This document shows, one piece after another, positions 57,486 to 64,000 of a stretch of 64,000 nt of DNA. A program made the position numbers and the translations under genes. The DNA comes from Thermoanaerobaculia bacterium (GTDB taxonomy: Bacteria > Acidobacteriota > Thermoanaerobaculia > Multivoradales > Multivoraceae): the NCBI GenBank assembly GCA_963666565.1, contig OY762911.1, positions 4,722,145 through 4,786,144 of the forward strand, read 5' to 3'. The notes under the pieces are model-generated. The model saw only the letters and a list, made by a program, of their open reading frames with translations. It did not search any database and was not told the DNA's origin. Positions within the stretch are counted from its first letter, which is position 1. Each line of letters begins with the position of its first letter.

Positions 57486-57740
57486 ATGAGCGCGACCATC
57501 GACACACTCCGCACGGCGGAGACCTTGAGAGAAGCTGGAGTCCCGGTGCGTCAGGCTTCGGCCCACGCACGAGCGATCGACGAGGCGTTGTCCGACGCCA
57601 AACTGGTGACGCGGGACTACCTGGACATGAGGCTGCGCGCGGAGCTGGCAACGATGCGCGATCAACTGACCTGGCGGCTGCTTGGCGGCACGGGCGTACT
57701 GCTCGCCCTCTTCCGCTTCTCGGAGTGGCTCGCGTCGTGA
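57486..57740 (+). CDS. DUF1640/CCDC90-like small protein
   Basis: IDTL..AETLREAGVP..QA.A, LVTRDYL and C-terminal hydrophobic helix; AGGAG RBS. Confidence 0.75.
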   Translation: MSATIDTLRTAETLREAGVPVRQASAHARAIDEALSDAKLVTRDYLDMRLRAELATMRDQLTWRLLGGTGVLLALFRFSEWLAS

Positions 57741-57886
57741 CGAAGCCAGACGGCGCCAACCTCGTGACGCGGGACTACCTGGACGCGAGGCTGGCGGCGA
57801 CGCGCGACCAACTGACCTGGCGGGTCCTCGGCGGCACCGCCGCGTTGCTCGCGCTGTACCGTCTCTCCGACTGTCTCCCGTCGTGA
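57737..57886 (+). CDS. Truncated tandem duplicate of the C-terminal half of the preceding gene
   Basis: GTGA overlap; LVTRDYLDARL..RDQLTWRVLGG. Confidence 0.55.
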   Translation: MTKPDGANLVTRDYLDARLAATRDQLTWRVLGGTAALLALYRLSDCLPS

Positions 57887-57974
57887 GAGCCGCGCCAACC
57901 GGGCGCTGAACGTCGCGGCAACCCGGTCGCGCCGCAACCGCATCCGCCGCCGTCCGGCGTAGCATTCCGGGCCG

Positions 57975-60900
57975 ATGCCCCATCTGCAGGTGGATGGACG
58001 GCCGGTCGAGGCCGAAGCGGGCGACAGCCTTCTGGTCGCCTTGCTGCGCGCCGGTCTGCACCCGACCGGCGGCGGCTGCCTTTGCGCCGGCGGCGACTGC
58101 CCGAACTGCCTGGTGACGGTCGACGGCGTGGCCTACACGCGTGCCTGCCAGACGCGGGCACGAGACGGCATGACGGTGACGCGCGAGCACCTCGGCGGCG
58201 AGGCGCCGGCCCTGCTGCGGAACGAGGCGGGCTCGCCGCTTCGCGGCATCGCGCTCGATGCCGGCGAAGACGCCGGCGCACCCAGTGTGCAACGGCTCGC
58301 CGGCCCGGACCGGCCGGCGGGAAGCGCCGCGCCCGCGCACCATGTCCACTGCGACACGGTCGTCATCGGGCAGGGCGACTCGGGCCGGGAAGCCGCGCGG
58401 GAAGCGCGGGACGCGGGCCTCGACCTCGTCACGCTGGACGCCCGCGAGGGGCAGCAGGTCACCGGCGTCTACCCTGGACCGCTGGTCGTCGCCGCGGACG
58501 CCGCCGGCCGAGTGCTTCACGTCCATCCGCGGCGGGAGATCGTCGTCGCCACCGGCGCCGCGGAGATCCAGCCCGTCGTCCCGGGCAGCCGCCTGGAGGG
58601 TCTCGTCACGGCGCGGGCCGCCGTGGAACTCGTCGCCGCCGGCATCGACCTGGGCCCCGCGATAGCCGTGGGCGACTTGCCCGCGGACCTGCCAGCCGGC
58701 GCCCTCGCCGGGCACGTGCCCCTCGCTGGACCGGCCGCGCCGCCCGCCGAGGACGTGCCGACGGAGACCGGAGGAGACGCGCCACGAGGCGAATCCGGCC
58801 CCGCGGAAGGCCAGGGCGGATGGGATCTCGTCCGCTTCGAGGGCGACCGCCGGGTCGAGGCGGTCGTCGTCCGCAAGCGCGGCGACGGCAACGACGCCGA
58901 GGCGCCGGAGGAACGGCTCGCGTGCGACACGGTAGTGCTCGGCCTCGGCCGCAATCCCCGCAACGCGCTGGCGCGCATGGCCTCCGACTTGCCAGTGCGC
59001 GTCGTCGGCAGCGCCGCCGCGCCGGCGCCCGAACTGCCCCCCTGCCCGCCGGAAGGAACCGTGTGCCCGTGCAGCGGCGTCGCCGTCGCCGACCTCGACG
59101 ACGTCTGGGAGCGCGGCTTCCGCGAGATGGAGTTGCTCAAACGCGCGACGCTCGCCGGCACCGGCGCCTGCCAGGGCGGCGTCTGCCTGCCCTACCTGCG
59201 GAGCTTCCTGCTGGAGCAGGGCGGACGCCTGCAGCCGGCCTTCACCGCACGGCCGCTCAACCGGCAACTGACGGTCCGCGAGCTGGCCGCCGGGGCGCAC
59301 ACCGCCGCGACCGCCCGTTCGCCTCTCCACGACGAGCACCTGCGCCTCGGCGCGCGGATGGACCGCGCCGGCGGCTGGTGGCGGCCGTGGACCTACGGCC
59401 GGAAACCGGTGGCGGAGCGGGCGGCGGGCGCCCTCGAGAACGCGAGTTCGCCTCACCGGACGACGGAATGCGGCGAGTATCGCTCCGTGCGCGAGCGCGT
59501 TTCGCTGGGCGACGTGAGTTCGCTCGGCAAAATGGCGATCGCCGGTCCCGACGCCGAGGCGTTCCTGGAGCGGATGGTCCCCACGAAGGTCGCGACGATC
59601 CGCCCCGGCCGCTGCCGCTACGTCCTCATGCTGGACGAGCGCGGCTACCTGCTCGACGACGGGATGCTCTGCCGCGAAGCCGGCGCCGGTGGCGGCGCTC
59701 GCTTCTTCCTGACCTCGACCTCCGGCGGGTCCGGCTTCTTCGAACTGTGGCTGCGGGACTGGGCCGAGGCGTTCGGGTTCGACGTCCGGATCCTCAACCA
59801 GACCGCCTCGCTCGCCGCCATCAACGTGACCGGCCCAATGGCCGCGAGGCTGCTGGCGCGCGCCGGCGCCCGGGATCTGCCCGGGTTCGGCCGCCACGGG
59901 CGGGCGCGGGTCGCGGGCGTGGAGTGCCGGATCGTCCGTTTGAGCTTCACCGGCGAGCTCTCCTACGAGCTTCACCACGCGGCCGCCGACGCCCGCAGGC
60001 TGTGGCGGCGGCTGCTGGAGGCCGGCGCCGGGTTCGACGTCCAACCGCACAGACTCGAAGCCCTGCTCCGCCTGCGGCTCGACAAGGGCCACATCGCGAT
60101 CGGCCAGGACACGGACTACGACTCGACCCCGCGCCGGCTCGCCCACGAGTGGGCCGTCGACCTGAACAAGGGCGACTTCGTCGGGCGCCAGGCCATCCTG
60201 CGGACGAACAGGCAGCCGCTCGACAAGCGGCTGGTCACGCTCCGCTCCGACGATCCTCCGGTCCGGGGCGCGGGCGATCCGTCCGCCGAGGGCGCGGCAA
60301 TCCACGACGGAGACCGCTACGCGGGCTACGTGACCTCCGACGCCGGCGCGGCGGCAGGCGGCGGTAGCCCGATGCTCGGCTGGCTCTACCTGGACGCGGA
60401 GGGCAACCTGCCCCGCGAGGTAACGGTCGACGGCCGGCCTGCCCGCCGGGTCGACGGTCCGGCGTACGACCCGGACGGAGAACGGGCGCGCGTCGCGGTC
60501 GACGTCGCAGGCGAGTCGCCGGAGAACGTCCGCGAGTTCCCCGCTGCCCGTCCGCGAGCGACCGACCTCGCCGCCTCAGCCCCGCCGGGGCCATCCGGGT
60601 CATCGGGGCCACCGGAACCGCCACGGCCGCAGCGGCTCGAAGCGACCCGCGTGGCGGCGGCGCCCGAAGCCCTCGGCGCGCTGGTCGAGCGTCCGCCCTG
60701 GCCCGCCGGCACGCTCGCCTTCCGCACCGCTCCCGACGAACTCCTGGTGGCGGCGACGCCCGACTTCGATGTCGCCGACGACCCGCACGCGATCGTCGAA
60801 CGCGAAACCGCGTTCAGCTACGTCTGGCTCGACGAAGCCGCGACCGAGCGGTTCCTCGACCGCGAGTGCGAGTGGCGCCGGCCCGACGCGCGGCCCGCCC

Positions 60901-61046
60901 TCTCCCAGGGCGAGGTCGCCGGCATCCCGGCCAAGCTCTGGTTCGAGCGGGAGCGGACCCTCATCCTCGTGCCGGCGCCGTTCGCGGCCGCCTTCGAGCG
61001 CCGCCTCGTCGCCGCGCTCGCCGAGACCGGTGGGGGCGCGCCGTGA
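57975..61046 (+). CDS. soxA: Sarcosine oxidase alpha-like protein (2Fe-2S, BFD-like Fe-S, GcvT folate domain) with gamma-like C-terminal extension
   Basis: C.C..GDCPNC, CPC..KRATLAGTGACQGGVC, DVSSLGK, LSFTGELSYE and LRLDKG motifs. Confidence 0.8.
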   Translation: MPHLQVDGRPVEAEAGDSLLVALLRAGLHPTGGGCLCAGGDCPNCLVTVDGVAYTRACQTRARDGMTVTREHLGGEAPALLRNEAGSPLRGIALDAGEDAGAPSVQRLAGPDRPAGSAAPAHHVHCDTVVIGQGDSGREAAREARDAGLDLVTLDAREGQQVTGVYPGPLVVAADAAGRVLHVHPRREIVVATGAAEIQPVVPGSRLEGLVTARAAVELVAAGIDLGPAIAVGDLPADLPAGALAGHVPLAGPAAPPAEDVPTETGGDAPRGESGPAEGQGGWDLVRFEGDRRVEAVVVRKRGDGNDAEAPEERLACDTVVLGLGRNPRNALARMASDLPVRVVGSAAAPAPELPPCPPEGTVCPCSGVAVADLDDVWERGFREMELLKRATLAGTGACQGGVCLPYLRSFLLEQGGRLQPAFTARPLNRQLTVRELAAGAHTAATARSPLHDEHLRLGARMDRAGGWWRPWTYGRKPVAERAAGALENASSPHRTTECGEYRSVRERVSLGDVSSLGKMAIAGPDAEAFLERMVPTKVATIRPGRCRYVLMLDERGYLLDDGMLCREAGAGGGARFFLTSTSGGSGFFELWLRDWAEAFGFDVRILNQTASLAAINVTGPMAARLLARAGARDLPGFGRHGRARVAGVECRIVRLSFTGELSYELHHAAADARRLWRRLLEAGAGFDVQPHRLEALLRLRLDKGHIAIGQDTDYDSTPRRLAHEWAVDLNKGDFVGRQAILRTNRQPLDKRLVTLRSDDPPVRGAGDPSAEGAAIHDGDRYAGYVTSDAGAAAGGGSPMLGWLYLDAEGNLPREVTVDGRPARRVDGPAYDPDGERARVAVDVAGESPENVREFPAARPRATDLAASAPPGPSGSSGPPEPPRPQRLEATRVAAAPEALGALVERPPWPAGTLAFRTAPDELLVAATPDFDVADDPHAIVERETAFSYVWLDEAATERFLDRECEWRRPDARPALSQGEVAGIPAKLWFERERTLILVPAPFAAAFERRLVAALAETGGGAP

Positions 61047-61119
61047 ACGGGCAACGCCGCACCCGGCACAACTGCCGCTCCCGCGGGACGACACGCCCCG
61101 AAGCCAGCGGAGCCGCGCC

Positions 61120-62328
61120 ATGAACGAGTTCGTGGAGCGCCAGATGAAGCTGACCTGGCGGCCGCCGAAGAAGAGCTACGACGTCGCGATCGTCGGCGCC
61201 GGCGGCCACGGGCTGGCCACCGCCTACTACCTGGCGACGCGCCACGGGATCACGAACGTCGGCGTGTTCGAGCGCGGCTACATCGGCGGCGGCAACTCCG
61301 GCCGCAACACGACGATCATCCGCGCCAACTACGGCATCCCGGCCGCGGTCCGTTTCTACCAGCGGAGCCTCGACCTCTACCGGGGCCTCGAGGAGGAAAC
61401 CGGCCGCTGGCTCATGCACCAGGCCAGGGGCCTGCTGTGGATGGCGCACTCGGAGGCGGCCGCGCGGGCCGAGCGGATGCGGGCGAAGCTGAACACCGAG
61501 TTCGGCGCCGAGACCGAGTTCGTCGGTCCGCGGCGGATCCGGGAGCTCTGCCCGCAGCTCGACATGACCGGCGGCGGCCGCTGGCCCGTGCTCGGCGCCT
61601 CCTACCATCCGCAGGGCGCCACCGCCCGTCACGACCGCGTCGTCTGGGCGCTCGCGGAGGGCGCGATGGAGCGCGGCGCGCGCGTCCACCAGAACACGCC
61701 CGTCACGGGGCTGCTGCTGGACGGCGACCGGGTCGCCGGCGTCAGGACCGCCGCCGGCGACGTCGCAGCCGGCGCCGTCGTCTCGGCGGTCGGCGGCCAC
61801 GTCAGTCGGCTGGCGGCGATGGCCGGCCTCCGCCTGCCGATCCGCACCCACCGCCTGCAGGCGTTCGTCACGAACCACTACCGGCGGCAGTTCGAACCCA
61901 TCGTCGCCTCGTCGGAGCTGTTCTTCTACGCCTCGCAGACCGCCCGCGGCGAGATGCTGCTGGGCGCCGAGATCGATCCCCAGCCGAGCTTCTCTTACCG
62001 CTCGAGCCACGACTTCGTGCAGCAGGTGTGCCGGCGCGCGCTCTGTCTGCTGCCCTTCATGGCGAACCTCCGGGTGCTGCGGCAGTGGACCGGCGTCTGC
62101 GACATGAGTCCCGACTACTCGCCGATCATGGGGCGCACCGGCGTGCCGGGCTTCTACGTCACGACCGGCTGGGGCACCTGGGGCTTCAAGGCGATCCCGG
62201 CCGGCGGCGAGCAGATGGCCGAACTCATCGCGACCGGCGAGACGCCCGAACCGATCGCCCCGTTCGGGCTGGACCGTTTCGCCCGCGACCGCACGATGGC
62301 CGACCGCGGGTCGGCGGGGACTCACTGA
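61120..62328 (+). CDS. soxB: Sarcosine oxidase beta-like FAD subunit
   Basis: GAGGHGLATAYYLA, GGGNSGRNTTIIRANY, ARHD and GWGTWGFKA motifs. Confidence 0.92.
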   Translation: MNEFVERQMKLTWRPPKKSYDVAIVGAGGHGLATAYYLATRHGITNVGVFERGYIGGGNSGRNTTIIRANYGIPAAVRFYQRSLDLYRGLEEETGRWLMHQARGLLWMAHSEAAARAERMRAKLNTEFGAETEFVGPRRIRELCPQLDMTGGGRWPVLGASYHPQGATARHDRVVWALAEGAMERGARVHQNTPVTGLLLDGDRVAGVRTAAGDVAAGAVVSAVGGHVSRLAAMAGLRLPIRTHRLQAFVTNHYRRQFEPIVASSELFFYASQTARGEMLLGAEIDPQPSFSYRSSHDFVQQVCRRALCLLPFMANLRVLRQWTGVCDMSPDYSPIMGRTGVPGFYVTTGWGTWGFKAIPAGGEQMAELIATGETPEPIAPFGLDRFARDRTMADRGSAGTH

Positions 62329-62392
62329 GGCGTCCGATGGGCGACCCGCACCGCACGCACCGCGCGCATGACCCGGAACGGCGGTCGCCGAG

Positions 62393-62641
62393 ATGAGCCT
62401 GCGCATCCCCTGCCCCAACTGCGGCGCCCGCCCGGTACACGAGTTCGTCCACGGCGAGATCCGGCGCGCGCCGGAACACCTGACCGACCCCGAGGAGCGC
62501 GACCTCGACCTCGCCTTCATGCACGACAACGTGGAGGGCGTCGTCGCCGAGCGCTGGTTCCACGCCCAGGGCTGCCGCCGCTGGTTCGAGATCCGGCGCG
62601 ACACAAGGACCGACCGGATCGTGGAAGCCGAAGAATCCTGA
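62393..62641 (+). CDS. soxD: Sarcosine oxidase delta subunit
   Basis: IPCPNCGAR..EF and ERW.H..GCRRWF..RDT Zn ligands. Confidence 0.9.
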   Translation: MSLRIPCPNCGARPVHEFVHGEIRRAPEHLTDPEERDLDLAFMHDNVEGVVAERWFHAQGCRRWFEIRRDTRTDRIVEAEES

Positions 62642-62728
62642 CCGGCGGGCCAGTTTCCGGCTAAGATGGCCGGACTGCTTCCAAACCAGAGACCGGCCGA
62701 GGACGTCGGCCCCAAGACCGGAGGTCCC

Positions 62729-63823
62729 ATGCGCATCGCCCGAACCGCTCTCATCCTCACGACGCTCCTGGCCGTGGCGGCCTCCGGCGCCGCCGTCGCG
62801 TCCGACGACATCCCCCGCCGGCACGACGGCAAGCCGGACCTCTCCGGCACCTACGACGTCGCCACGCTGACGCCGCTGCAGCGGCCCGGGCAGTACGGCG
62901 ACAACCTGACCCTGACCCCGGAAGAGGCGCAGGCCATCGCCGACCACTGGCGGCGTAACTTCGAGAAGGACTACGCGCCGAGCGACCCGAATCGCGAGGC
63001 GCCGCCGGAGGGCGGCACCGGCATCTACGCGCCCGAGTTCACGGGCGCCGCCGGCAAGGTCGGCGGTTACAACGCCTTCTACGTCGACATCGGCGACGGC
63101 AACTTCCAGCTCGACGGCGAGTACCGCACGTCGATCATCACGGCGCCCGCGAACGGCCGGATGCCGGCGCTCACCGACGGCGCGAAGAAGCGCCTCGCCG
63201 AGGCCGCGGCGTTCCGCCACGAGAACACCGGCACCGCCTGGTGGATCGACCGCGACTTCGGTCCGTACGACGACCCGGAACTGCGCCCGCACGCCGAGCG
63301 CTGCCTGCTGGGCTTCGGCTCCACCGCCGGGCCGCCAGCGCTGCCCGTCATGTACAACAACATGAAGCGGATCGTGCAGACCGACAACCACCTGATGATC
63401 CTGGTCGAGATGAACCACGACGCGCGGGTCATCCGCATCGACTCCGAGCACGACGACGGCGTCGAGAGCTGGCTGGGCGAGTCGGTCGGCCGCTGGGAAG
63501 ACGACACCCTGGTCGTCACGACGAAGAACTTCGGCGACGACTACAGCTTCACCCAGGGCTCCAAGGAGATGGTGATCACCGAGCGCTTCAGCCGCATCGA
63601 CGAGGACACCCTGCTCTACGGCTTCACCGTGGACGACCCGAACACCTGGACCGAGCCCTGGAGCGGCGAGTACCCGTGGCCGGCCAGCGCCAACAAGGTC
63701 TTCGAGTACGCCTGCCACGAAGGCAACTACGCCCTCGGCGGCATCCTCCGCGGCGCCCGTCTGCTTGAGGAAGAAGCCCTCGAAGGCGACGCCGCCTCGA
63801 CAGGAGGAGGCGGCTCCGAGTAG
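62729..63823 (+). CDS. Conserved secreted hypothetical protein
   Basis: Signal peptide; GKPDLSG, ERC, GESVGRWEDDTLVV and EYACHEGNY motifs. Confidence 0.75.
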   Translation: MRIARTALILTTLLAVAASGAAVASDDIPRRHDGKPDLSGTYDVATLTPLQRPGQYGDNLTLTPEEAQAIADHWRRNFEKDYAPSDPNREAPPEGGTGIYAPEFTGAAGKVGGYNAFYVDIGDGNFQLDGEYRTSIITAPANGRMPALTDGAKKRLAEAAAFRHENTGTAWWIDRDFGPYDDPELRPHAERCLLGFGSTAGPPALPVMYNNMKRIVQTDNHLMILVEMNHDARVIRIDSEHDDGVESWLGESVGRWEDDTLVVTTKNFGDDYSFTQGSKEMVITERFSRIDEDTLLYGFTVDDPNTWTEPWSGEYPWPASANKVFEYACHEGNYALGGILRGARLLEEEALEGDAASTGGGGSE

Positions 63824-63852
63824 ACGCTCCACAAGGGAGAAGACGTTCCCCA

Positions 63853-63895
63853 CTGGGTGCGCGGGTCTTCTGACCCGCATGCCGCCGAAGGCGGC
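63853..63895 (+). repeat. Composite REP-like element
   Basis: CTGGGTGCGCGGGTCTTCTGACCCGC followed by GCCGCCGAAGGCGGC. Confidence 0.85.
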
Positions 63896-63976
63896 CAGGA
63901 AATCGTGCCGGCCGCAGGACGGCTCCCCTGTGACGGACTGCTATGGTCGGCGGCTCAACTCCCTGGAGGACAATCC

Positions 63977-64000
63977 ATGCGCCGCGCCCTGTTCGTTCTG
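63977..64000 (+). CDS. Start of a CDS running off the window (MRRALFVL...)
   Basis: GGAGG RBS, ATG and a signal-peptide-like start. Confidence 0.5.

Noticed and set aside
56823-60305. Long antisense ORFs (also 47502-50393, 31338-34460, 4638-6668, 39577-41931)
   Set aside because: Shadow frames expected in high-GC DNA, opposite well-supported genes and without recognisable motifs

Overview
Very GC-rich bacterial chromosomal window. The gene content (Oar-like TonB receptors, a PQQ enzyme with an Acidobacteria-type C-terminal domain, Uma2 and DUF1640-like small proteins) suggests Acidobacteriota, possibly a host-associated Thermoanaerobaculia lineage; this is inference only. Most of the window is ordinary metabolism and transport: gltBD, larA, hemB, a sulfatase, a GldAFG-like ABC system, an M14 peptidase, putP, a fabG-fabF-ACP-acyltransferase cluster and a sarcosine-oxidase-like operon. 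The standout is 2.8-11.3 kb. A ~5.2 kb island is bounded by diverged direct repeats of the gltD 3' end. It carries a P4-like tyrosine integrase and an intact but 5'-truncated, signal-less, inverted copy of the TonB-dependent receptor that lies just outside the island. The two receptor copies share conserved blocks but differ in probable surface loops, which fits a receptor-swapping (inversion or gene-conversion) cassette system. Also present are a dispersed REP-like palindrome family that has entered several coding sequences in frame, an intact IS inserted in the last codons of putP with a reconstructable target duplication, an ISL3 relic and a Phd/VapC toxin-antitoxin pair. No rRNA, tRNA or CRISPR array was seen.
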